Positions 26,663-38,960 of a DNA stretch of 64,000 bases are shown here, piece after piece (the stretch's first letter is position 1; the number at the start of each line of letters is the position of its first letter). The stretch comes from Pecten maximus (lineage: Eukaryota). The DNA lies in NCBI RefSeq assembly GCF_902652985.1, contig NC_047019.1:7998001-8062000 (forward strand), in the 5' to 3' direction. The translations under genes and the position numbers were made by a program. The notes below the pieces were generated by a model. It saw nothing but the letters and a program-made list of their open reading frames with translations. It did no database searches and was not told the DNA's origin.

Positions 26663-29117
26663 GTGTAAAAACCATTTCAAAATTAACGTCTCACCTAGAC
26701 TGGCCACTAGCCCCCAAGTTTTGCTTGTTAAGAATTGCTATACTGAATTCTAAGGTTGGATTATCTCCCCCTAGTTTGAAACTTAGGATCAGACATATCC
26801 TAAATGACCGAAATAATGCATCTCAGTTTCATTAGTTCTATAACCTTAATATTCTAGAGACAAGAGAGCAGTCTACGTCTCACCTTAAATGGATATCAGA
26901 TACATATTGTCATATTTGATTTAATTCCGGGATTATAGCGAATGTACACTGATACCAGCTAGCGTGTAACATGCATAAAAGTTAAATTCCTAGCAAAGAA
27001 ACATTTACCAGAGTGAGGCATAATATATCAACATATAATGTTTTATGAAGTAAATAATACTGTTTGTTTTCTGTTTCTTCCTGTCTTGCATTTTTCTTTC
27101 AAAAAGTTCTAATTTCAGGATGTCGGTCTGGTACATATATTCTATTTACGATATCGTATTTGACAAAGGTTTTTGCAATTTTGCGTTGAATTGAAATTTC
27201 GCGAAAAAATGAATAACAACATGTGGTAAAATCGACACAATCATAAAATATAAAATATTATTGATAAAATATCGTTTTAATTTAATTATATAAAAAAATT
27301 GTTTGTTATTCAATAATTCGCAAGACTATTGTGTCGCATAAACGACAGTTCTTAAATTAATACGTCTACATAATACACATAGCCAGATAAGAATCCCTCT
27401 TAAATGATAAATCCTGAACATATTAATTAATGTAATTAACTCGTTTTTTTTATTTATTTGTTGTAAATATCGAAACATATGCACAATAAGAAAATGAAGA
27501 GCATAAAGCTGACCACCGAGTAAGGCAAAAGTGTTGCTATGAAAGGCATATGGAAAGAGACAGAAAAAGTAACAGATCTATTGTTGGAACATTAATATCC
27601 TCTGGTAGGTGGCACAGAGGATAAAAAGCCATACAATCACTTTTCTCGACTGGAATTAATACCACACCGGTGGGCTTTCTGAATCAATCTGTCCAATCAA
27701 ATTTTCTGGTAATCTCTTTTTCATAAAGCGTTTCCTATTTCAATGCCTTTATATACATTGCCAGGTTAAGACTTTCTTCCTAAAATTCGTCAATGTTATT
27801 CTGATTCTATCAAGAAAAATTTGAACATTAAGAGACAAAAGAAAAAGGCCAATTCTCGTCCTGAAAAACACTAAAATCTTTATTCACAAAGACATTGACA
27901 TAACTAAATGTTAATTAAACTCATTTGATAAAATACATATACAAATATATTATGCATATATTTCAGCTTCCTTAAATATTCACTAATCTCGATAATTTTA
28001 ATATTATAAACCGACATTTTCATTTTCCAATGTTATTTTACTCATATTAATAATCCAACCACTTTTGTCACTCAACATATGACCGTACTAACAAGAGTTA
28101 CCTGGAACTATAATGAACTATAATGGTGTTTCACCGCAAATCATAGGTACATTATGTTGTTTGCTACTGACCGCAAATTCCATTGTATTATTGAATTTCC
28201 ATAAGAAGGGTTAATGACTGACTGCAATGAAATTGATTTTTACTGACTTGTCGCAAGTAAAATAGATATATACTAGCTAGTATACCTACGATTTATGCTG
28301 ATATGATTTCATGATGTCTAAAGGTATATTTGCTAAATATTAGTAACCCATTTAGTGCTTGGTAATAATCATCTAGATTGTAACCAATATTACGCAAATA
28401 ATTTTACTATTATCTAACTGAACAAAACTAATCCAGCTACTGTTTTGAAAAAAGGTATGAGCAATCTAATTACTTTATGCTCTGATTACAAACAATTAGG
28501 CAAGCGATGATAGACTGTGATTGATTAACTATGAAAGATTTTTTTATCGTTTCTATATCATTAATAAATGACAGTTTTATTCCACTGACCTTTACCATAA
28601 TTGTATTATATAGATAAATTAATTTTGACTGGTATAACTTGTTGCTTACTACTTATGTAACATATGTTATATTTCAACTTTTAACTTCAGTTTGGTGTAA
28701 ACGAAAATTATGTAACGTGATGTGTATAAACAAATGATTTATTTGTGACTATGAACAATAAAACTTTTTTTTCTTTTAATTCTATCCCGGCTAGCATTTC
28801 AACTAAATCAATACATAGAGGATGAACTGCATCAAATAATTACTTATACGAGTTACACACACGGAATATAGTCTGGTGCAGCTGTTTCATTCAATCATTT
28901 TATTTTCGGTTTCACTGACTTTAAGTTATTTGGACACGGAAGACATTAGTGCGGTTGGGAAACCATTCATAATGATGTGTGTGCACCGCGTGATATCTGG
29001 GTATATCACGTGACCTTAACTACCCCCTGGTGTATGTGTCACCTGCTGATGTGACCACAACTTCCGATGTACAGGTGAAATATCATATCTTAAAGGAAAT
29101 TTGTAATGAATATTTAC

Positions 29118-29190
29118 CTCCAGTAAAATCCCTGTACAGAACTATGATTATAAGTACTGTTATTTGATATAGGAATCTATGGAGTGTCAT
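29118..29190 (-). CDS. Candidate signal-peptide-like exon (MTLHRFLYQITVLIIIVLYRDFTG, phase-1 intron)
   Basis: ATG at 29190, hydrophobic core ITVLIIIVLY, donor GAG|GTAAAT at 29118/29117. No downstream exon identified, so it could be chance. Confidence 0.28.
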
Positions 29191-30386
29191 GATACATGGT
29201 ATATGTACTCATAAAAAGCCCAAAGGAATTGCATGTTGTTGATCTCTTGAAATTCACAGCTGAATATTTCACATTTGCGTGTCATACCCATCATAATGTA
29301 ATTTTCATAAATAATCATAACTTTGTTTATACTTCCATTTTTATTGCTGGTTTTTTTTTTATAGACCATGATTCATGTTATCAGTACCAAAAACAACCCA
29401 CACAAAATTTGAAATAATCATATGTCAGTAATGCGTATTCACACAGCTTACATTCAAGAAACTTATACAGATTTTTCTCGGCATGGCTTTTGTAAGGTAT
29501 TTTGTTGTTATTTCCTTGAAGACAAATTGAGATCATACCTCAGTTGGTTTCAATAGCTTGGAAATCAGACTATACTACTAATGTGGTACTGACCACGCAA
29601 TATCATAACTATGTACCTTCTTCATTTCAGACACTCATAAGTGTTGAATTAGTTTCTGATCTAAAGAAAACTAAACGCTTAAAAATCGCATATCATGACA
29701 AAGCAGTAAGGGTCAGACAGACAGATAAAAAGGGGATGTAAATTTGATACAAGGAATCATTTTCGGGATTTGTTCTACAAGAATATTCTCAGATAATATT
29801 AACCTGCTACAGACAGTCGTGTCATCAATGTAAGCAGATCCCTTCACAAAAGTGATGAAGATTAATTTTTGTAATGCAATTTTGTGCATTATCATGGCAT
29901 AAAACAGAATGCAACCCTATCATTTTATCATTAAGTGTCGGATTAATGCTGGATATAGGTAACACAAGATTATCATGTGACAGGAATATATCCTTTACTT
30001 AGATATAATATGCATATAATGTGTTTTATTGTAAAATAAATCTCCATTTCTTGTAATTTAAAACAGAGATACACGTTTGCAAGGTTATCACATTTCAATA
30101 CTGGGATTTTGATTTTTTGTTTCTTTTTCTTTTTGGGAATAATGAACAATGACAAAACAGAAATGTTGGAATTTGTTAATAAACATGGTCAGTATAATTG
30201 ATAAATGATACAGTCTTATATTGGAAATGACCGCCTGACGTCATACAGAGCCTCACGTCGAAAAATAATCTGTTTACGTTGGGATAAACGTCTAGCGTCC
30301 TTACATATATAGGGTTAATCCAAATCTCCTAAAAGGGCCATAAGAAGAGGAGCGTACTATGAGTGTTGAGCGTCAAACGTAAAAAT

Positions 30387-33300
30387 GGGTTGTTACTGTT
30401 AGCGTCCTATCAACAGGGTTGTTACTGTTTAGCGTCCTATCAATAGGGTTGTTTCTGTTTAGCGTTCTATCAAGAGGATTGTTTCTGCTTAGCGTCCTAT
30501 CAACAGGGTTGTTTCTGTTTAGCGTTCTATCAAGAGGATTGTTACTGTTTAGCGTTCTATCAACATTTTTGTTACTGTTTAGCGTCCTATCAAGAGGTTA
30601 TTTCTGTTAAGCGTCCTATCAAGAGGGTTGTTACTGTTTAGCGTCCTATCAACAGGGTTGTTACTGCTTAGCGTCCTATAAAGAGGGTTGTTACTGTTTA
30701 GCGTCCTATCAAGAGGGTTGTTACTGTTTAGCGTCCTATCAAGAGGATTGTTACTGTTTAGCGTCCTATCAAGAGGATTGTTACTGTTTAGCATCCTATC
30801 AAGAGGGTTGTTACTGTTTAGCGTCCTATCAAGAGGGTTGTTACTGTTTAACGTCCTATCAAGAGGGTTGTTACTGTTTAGCGTTCTATCAAGAGGGTTG
30901 TTACTGTTTAGAGTCCTATCAAGAGTTTTCTTTCTGTTAAGAGTCATATCAACAGTTGTGTTACTGTTAAGAGTCATATCAACAGTTGTTTGTGCTGTTT
31001 AGCGTCCTAGCAAGAGTTTTGTTTCTGTTCAGCGTCCTAACAACAGTTTTGTTACCGTTAAACGTCCTATCAAGACTGTTAAGATTCATATCAACATTTT
31101 TGTTACTGTTAAGAGTCATATGAACAGGATTGTTACTGTTTCGTGTCCTATCAAGAGGGTTGTTACTGTTTAGTGTCCTATCAAGAGGGTTGTTACTGTT
31201 TAGCGTTCTCTCAAAAGGGTTGTTACTGTTCACGTACTATCAAGAGGATTGTTACTGCTTAGCGTCCTATCAAGAGGATTGTTACTGCTTAGCGTCCTAT
31301 CAAGAGGATTGTTACTGCTTAGCGTCCTATCAAGAGGATTGTTACTGCTTAGCGTCCTATCAAGAGGGTTGTTTCTGTTTAGCGTCCTATCAAGAGGGTT
31401 GTTACTGTTTAGCGTCCTATCAAGAGGGTTGTTACTGTTTAGCGTCCTATCAAGAGGGTTGTTACTGTTTAGCGTCCTATCAAGAGGGTTGTTACTGTTT
31501 AGTGTCCTATCAAGAGGGTTGTTACTGTTTAGCGTCCTATCAACAGTTGTGTTTCTGTTAAGAGTCATATCAACAGTTGTATTACTGTTAAGAGTCATAT
31601 CAACAGTTGTTTGTGCTGTTTAGCGTCCTAGCAAGAGTTTTGTTTCTGTTCAGCGTCCTAACAACAGATTTGTTACCGTTAAACGTCCTATCAAGACTGT
31701 TAAGATTCATATAAACATTTTTGTTACTGTTAAGAGTCATATGAACAGGATTGTTACTGTTTCGTGTCCTATCAAGAGGGTTGTTACTGTTTAGCGTTCT
31801 CTCAAAAGGGTTGTTACTGGTTAGCGTACTATCAAGAGGGTTGTTTCTGTTTAGCGTTCTATCAAGAGGGTTGTTACTGTTTAACGTCCTATCAAGAGGG
31901 TTGTTACTGTTTAGCGTCCTATCAACAGGGTTGTTACTGTTTAGCGTACTATCAAGAGGGTTGTTTCTGTTTAGCGTCCTATTAACAGGATTGTTACTGT
32001 TTAGCGTCCTATCAAGAGGGTTGTTTCTGTTTAGCGTCCTTTAAACAGGATTGTTACTGTTTAGCGTCCTATCAACAGGGTTGTTACTGTTTAGCGTCCT
32101 ATCAAGAGGGTTGTTACTGTTAACGTCCTATAAACAGGATTGTTACTGTTTAGCGTTCTATCAAGAGGGTTGTTACTGTTTAGCGTCCTATCAACAGGAT
32201 TGTTACTGTTTAGCGTCCTATCAACAGGATTGTTACTGTTTAGCGTTCTATCAAGAGGATTGTTACTGTTAAGCGTTCTATCAAGAGGGTTGTTACTGTT
32301 TAGCGTCCTATCAACAGGGTTGTTACTGTTTAGCGTCCTATCAAGAGGATTGTTACTGTTTAGCGTCCTATCAAGAGGATTGTTACTGTTTAGCGTTCTA
32401 TCAAGAGGGTTGTTACTGTTTAGCGTACTATCAAGAGGGTTGTTTCTGTTTAGCGTCCTATCAACAGGATTGTTACTGTTTAGCGTCCTATCAAGAGGGT
32501 TGTTTCTGTTTAGCGTCCTATAAACAGGATTGTTACTGTTTAGCGTCCTATCAACAGGGTTGTTACTGTTTAGCGTCCTATCAAGAGGGTTGTTACTGTT
32601 AACGTCCTATAAACAGGATTGTTACTGTTTAGCGTTCTATCAAGAGGGTTGTTACTGTTTAGCGTCCTATCAAGAGGATTGTTACTGTTTAGCGTCCTAT
32701 CAACAGGATTGTTACTGTTTAGCGTTCTATCAAGAGGATTGTTACTGTTAAGCGTTCTATCAAGAGGGTTGTTACTGTTTAGCGTTCTATCAAGAGGGTT
32801 GTTACTGTTTAACGTCCTATCAAGACTGTTGTTACTGTTTAGCGTTCTATCAAGAGGGTTGTTACTGTTTAACGTCCTATCAAGACTGTTGTTACTGTTT
32901 AGCGTTCTATCAAGAGGATTGTTACTGTTTAGCGTCCTATCAAGAGGATTGTTACTGTTTAGCGTTCTATCAAGAGGGTTGTTACTGTTTAACGTCCTAT
33001 CAAGACTGTTGTTACTGTTTAGCGTTCTATCAAGAGGGTTGTTACTGTTTAGCGTGCTATAAAGAGGGTTGTTACTGTTTAGCGTCCTATCAAGATGATT
33101 GTTACTGTTTAACGTCCTATCAAGAGGGTTGTTACTGTTTAGCGTTCTATCAAGAGGGTTGTTACTGTTTAGCGTCCTATCAACAGGGTTGTTACTGTTT
33201 AGAATTCTCTCAACAGTTTTGTTACTGTTTAGCGTCCTATAAAGAGGGTTGTTTCTGTTTAGCGTACTATCAAGAGGGTTGTTACTGTTCAGAATTCTCT

Positions 33301-33426
33301 CAACAGTTTTGTTACTGCTTAGCGTCCTATCAATAGTTTTGTTTCTGTTTAGCCTCCTATCAAGAGGATAGTTACTAGTTAGTGTCCTATCAACTTAGTT
33401 GTTACTGTTTAACGTCCTATCAACAG
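30387..33426 (-). repeat. Satellite array, 30-bp unit (+ strand GGGTTGTTACTGTTTAGCGTCCTATCAAGA), ~100 copies, monomer matching the SINE 3' end
   Basis: Direct periodicity. The terminal monomer 33408-33426 is the exact reverse complement of SINE 3' end 44892-44910. Explains all LLLFSVLSRG / TLNSNNPLDR ORFs. Confidence 0.97.
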
Positions 33427-33689
33427 ATTTTAATTGAAGGATGATACTTACCACTGTGTAGTGTCATTTCGTTAAAATGTCATACGCAGGCACATTTTTT
33501 TGTTATCTCTACCGGTTAACTGTGTGGCACTGCTTTTCACTTGTAGATTTCAATCAAGAAAAATGATCAGTAGATCCGTTATAGTGCCAGGTAAAGGGTA
33601 TCTATAAGTTTAGTGTAATCACTAGCCCCTTAATGCGATGTAAACAGCAGAAAATGTCATATTAAGACGGTGTTAAACCCCTCAAAACG

Positions 33690-33800
33690 AGGCGTCCATG
33701 GATAAAGTGTCATCCCAGTGACGCTTTTATAGTGCCATCACGCTGAAATGTCGTTCCCTGACATGTAGCCTGATACCCAACTTAGTGACATTATTTTGAA
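33690..33800 (-). mobile_element. Degenerate Meta-domain-like SINE fragment
   Basis: The minus strand reads ATAATGTCACTAAGTTGGGTATCA...GACATTTCAGCGTGATGGCACTATAAAA, similar to the recalled Meta core. Confidence 0.3.
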
Positions 33801-36800
33801 GGGTGGTGCCAGTGATGAATAAAATGATCATATGGTCTGGTAAATACTTGTTTTCTTTACTTTTCTACATTGATATTAATTTTATTCGGCTTTATCAAAA
33901 CTAACAATATGCAGGTCTTTAATGGAGGTATATTAGGTTTACGGCTACAGACTGAGTTATCGCGGCTCCTGTTTTTAAAAGTGATTTTATTTTCACACAG
34001 TTCGAAGCTTAAAGATGACATGTAAAGTAGCAATCAACGAATGCTGTATGAATACAAATGCAATTAATAGCGTTGTTGCACGAAATTTAAGCTCTGTTGT
34101 TGTTTTTTTCCGCCAACACAACAACAAAATATTTTCCCACAACACTTAAAGTACCATGTTATGTTAGAGTAAATACAAATATATATACAGAATAGCACAT
34201 AAACTAGTTACAGCTCCTTAAATACACATCAGATACATTAGATTGACACAGCAGAAACGATTTAAACATGAAAATTGAACATTATAACGTTAATCAAAGT
34301 GCTTTATAAATAAAAGTGTCGATAACAATAGTATAACGCAAGAAACCTAATCACTTGATTTTAAATTCACGGGTTTATTGCACATTTATGTGACATTAAA
34401 TATTGTAATCATACCTGCCTATTCAGGTAAGAATTGAGATTGACAACGATTTCATGAATGTGAAATTGCAGTATACTGAATTATCCCCAAACCTCCCCGG
34501 ATGTGTTATATGTACTTTACAGGGTTGCACTTTATAAGCAAAACCCAAACTAGTGATCCTTATAGAACGTCAGATCATCTGATAGTGGGAATACTGACAG
34601 CTCAATGTATGTAAGGATGTTTTACTATGGTATGCTAAGGTCATTAATTAGCACACTTAGTAGCTGTGGGCGTTGTTAGAGATGAAATTGTATTCAGCAC
34701 ACGTTCAACACACAGACAGATCTAATTAACCTATCTCTTTACTATACACGGTTAAACGATAGATAAGCGGTTCCCTTGTTAACGTATAGTTTGTGATATG
34801 TTAGACTCGTGTTGTGTGGAGTTTGTCTTGTAGTGCAACCCAATAAAATCTTGATCATATGTCTACATGTCGCTAATGGGGACCACGTCCTGTCCTACTA
34901 AAACTGTCCAATATCACGAACTCGTAATTGGCAATGCGGTGCAATTAAATAAGAAAACAATGATATTTATATACCTATTGCCTAAAACATGAATTATACG
35001 TAAATATTATCTTGTATATAAATTGATAAGACTGTCTAGTGAATATTATTATCCTCATTGTAATACATTGTACATATCGGCCCATCACATAACAGCAAAT
35101 ATCATGAAGCCATCAACTAGTATATCTATCTATGACATGATTACCATGGTATTAAGTGAATACAACTTGAAATATCTTCCAAATCAATACTTGTAATGTC
35201 ACTCAATGCGAATGATTGATTCATGAAATAGTTAATAAATGACGTCATCTCATTTTTCAACGTTGTATGATGACGTCATAATGTAGAAAACAAACTAATG
35301 TAGTAAAGTATGCCTGTTGCCTAATATTCCCATTGTAGCAAAGATCTGCACAATAAAACATTCTGAAATGAAATGTAGAAAATTGATGGCGAGGAAAGAT
35401 GACAGTATTTATATATCACAATATTCGAAAAACGTCAGTTTCATTTGAAATTTTAGGTGAAATCGTCTCGATCTCGTTTAACTCACGAAAAGGTAGGTAA
35501 GGAGGTGACAAAGCTGTACCAGAGCAACGTCCTCTTTACTGGGAAAAAATCGAGATTTCTATTTCAATTAAACCTGTTATAATTAAGAAAGTGGGGACCG
35601 TAGCATAACTGAAATGTCCTAGAAGAACGAAACAGTTGTATGTTACAGCTTTTTAACACATTGTACATTAATTTCATGCTTATAACAGTTGCCTAATTGT
35701 TGTGCCTTTAATACATGGGTATAATCATGTGGAGACTAAATTTGAATTTAAAACGATGGGTAATTTAAAAGGACAGTAGATGTAACACTGATTCGATGAC
35801 TAACATATATACATGATAATTTACTATTATCACTTGGTTTTTTTTCTACTTTTGACATTTTTATTCAGATTTTCCACATAAAGTATTCACATGATACAGA
35901 AAGAAACAATGACAACTTTCACACACACTTACCGACACAAACTGTATACAATTGTATATCTATAACTTGAATACAAAGTAGGTACATTGTAGCTTAGCTA
36001 TAGCTAATAGGTGAATAAAGATTACTTGTACATCAACCATAAATATTAGGTACACTTTATTCAAACATTTTTTAACATTTGTTTGATTTTTAAAAGTTTT
36101 TTTTAAAAGATAAGGACAAATATCAGAGAAAGCATGTCATGGAAGGAAGGCAAAACAGAAATAGATAGCAATTGAAAATAATTCAATTTTCCTAAAGTAT
36201 TGTAAGTGTTAAATATTCCTTAAATATTCCTTATTAAAATATATGTGTATATAGATTTTTCAACATTCAAAGAAGACTGTACAATATAAATACATAAGAT
36301 TTGTTTTGATTTCATGTTTCATATTTAGATAGTATTACTATATATACAAATTAACATTCTCAAAGTGTGCTTTTGAATATCAAACACAATTTTTACGTGA
36401 GGAGCAAGAAGTGTGGTCCAGAAAAGCAAATTTGGGACATATACAGGCATCAACATTATATTTATAAATAAATTCTTATACGATATGATGTAGCATTATA
36501 CGGATTGATTGTTATGGAGAATTAATGTTATGTGGTTGAAAGGGTGGCTCGGTTTACCGCAACGGCAGGAGATAATAGAAATGATTACAGATGAAATCGG
36601 GATATTACCCTGTCCTAGAATAATACAACTCCAGCCTGGACAGGACATTCCACATATCATATTCAGCTTAATGTTCCCAATCCTTTGATAAAACTATTAA
36701 TGGCGCAAATGACCTTTTGTATTATCATCTCGCATTACAGATGAGGTTGCTATAGAAACTCATTGCATGAGTGAAATATCCCTGTTTTAACCCAGCAAAA

Positions 36801-38764
36801 CACACAGGTAAATAGCTTCATTTAGGAAAGTTTTATCGACAAACGTGTGTCTACCAACAGAATTTTGATGTGGTATTTTAAAGAACTGTTTTCTTAAAGG
36901 ACATAGTTGCTGAAATCAAAGCAATATTTTGACAACAAAAAACTATCCTGTGCTTAATTAATTCAACTGGCCTTGGTATCAAGAAAGGATACTGTCATTC
37001 GAGAAATTCTAAATTTGCGTTCAGGATGTGGGCGCATATCCAACAGCAATTTATATTAGGGCAAGGCTATGAACAGTAACTTTGTCATCGACTGCATACT
37101 ACAGTAGGTAGGCTAGCGTATGGGGTTGGTCCTAAATTATAGCGACAAGGGTGTCATTGTATAACGTTGGGTCATCGAAATTGGACTTACGTGGATTAAA
37201 ATCGCCAAAATGTCATAAACATTAACCATATGAATATATTTTTGTTAAACCGTAACTCTGAATGCTTCTTTTGTAAGACTTAAATATTAAGACAGGTAAA
37301 CATTATCAATCCATATCTTATTCCAAAGAAAAAAAACTGCATTCTTTTTCTTTGAATTTGTTTGTTTTCTTTGTTGTTTTTTATACTTTTATTTACGTTC
37401 TTCCTCTTTGAATTAGTTATTTTTAACTGTTATAATTTTTGCTTTGTGTTTTGTTTGTACCTATACATCTATTTTAAATCAAAACTCTTATGAGCTGTCG
37501 ACACTGAAACCAATTAGATACATAATAAGTAATACAGAACTATTTTAAACATAATGATATATCATTTCAGCAATAAGGGCATCAACCAGATTTAAAGCGA
37601 ATGTAGAAAAGCTTATCGGGAGCTTCAGATGTCACTTTACATGTCTCTATGAAATGACAGAAAGGTTTATGATCAATCAAATACACCCTTCTTTTACCAG
37701 GACTATCCAGATGTGCTGCTTCAAAGTTAAACAGAATTGTACGTCTGTTGGTTGATAAAGTAGACTAATATATTGTTGTTTTATCTTCAAATGAACGTTT
37801 AATCAATATAATGACAAAAGGGAAACAAACAAATAAATAAAAAAGAAAAATATGAAAAATTAATATAATATAAATAAATTAAAAAAAAAATAGATAAATA
37901 AATATATATAAATGACTAAATAAATAATTCTATATAGTAAGTACATAGATAAGTAAAAATGGCAGTACTAGCGTTGACGTCATTTAATCTATAGCACAAC
38001 AAAAGGTACAAAAACTAGGCAACTAAAACCACGTGGTCCGGAAGGTCAAGCGTCTTCTGTTTAAAATCTATAATACAACTACATTGAAATTCAAATTCGT
38101 GAATAACACATACACAAAGAACAAAGCAAATATTTTGTTTTAATGCACAATCTACAGATAACATAATTAATTATAAATATAGAACTGTTTCGAGGTTTAC
38201 TGTCTTTACGGTGTAGGTAAAGAAGATAATGTTAGGACAGATTCAATATAGAAAACTGTAGAGTCAAAGTGTCCAATTTTTAAATAACCGGTTATCTTTC
38301 TCGGTCATTTTGTGCCAGAAATCGTAAATCCGAGGCCCGAACTGAAGGATATGATAATGTCTTCCTTCGTCGTTTGTGTTGATACGTTCTATGTCCAAAG
38401 TTAAAGTACATTTACACACACTGAAGGGTAAACGCTTGTAGTCTTTGTACCGTCAAACCAGAGGGAAAAGAATACCACTTGAAGGATTTGTCCCACTCAT
38501 CTGTCTGTACTGGTCGTGTGAAGGTAATGAGATTCATTTCGTATCTCTGTAGATCTGGCTCTCCAGATATGACGGGAACTGTGGCACGGTACGTCATTTC
38601 ACAAAGGTCACACCTGTCATTGTGTCAGAAACATCTGTAACGTATCCAATCTTCAATAAGATTAAATCTGATTGGTTAGATTAATAACATCAGCACAAAC
38701 AGGTCGAAAGAACTTCATTCTATATTATTGTTTATTTGAAAAGAAAAAGCTATAAAGTACTGTT

Positions 38765-38960
38765 TGTAAGTACATTTATTATTGAACCGGCCTGCTCTAT
38801 CGTGTGATACGGTCATTTTTAGCTCAACGGCGTCAGCGTCGACGTCCCACCCCAAGACTTTGTTTGTGTTAGTTTTTTGAAAGCTTGTAAGTCCAAAAGT
38901 ACACACCTCAAGCTCTTCTAATTTGGTATATACATCCATTAGAGGTCTAGGAGTACTGTT
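38765..38960 (+). mobile_element. Helentron-associated (HINE/DINE-like) fragment
   Basis: TTTTTAGCTCA...GGCGTCAGCGTCGACGTC followed by CTTCTAATTTGGTATATACAT, a layout recalled for bivalve HINE-like elements. Confidence 0.35.

Noticed and set aside
30419-33062. ORFs LLLFSVLSRG / TLNSNNPLDR / ASYQEGCYCL as proteins
   Set aside because: These are frames through a 30-bp satellite, open on both strands and broken by indels and stops; the monomer is explained by a SINE end.
30387-33426. CRISPR array (30-bp repeats); likewise the 36-39-bp arrays
   Set aside because: Repeats are head-to-tail with no unique spacers, there are no cas genes, and the context is eukaryotic.
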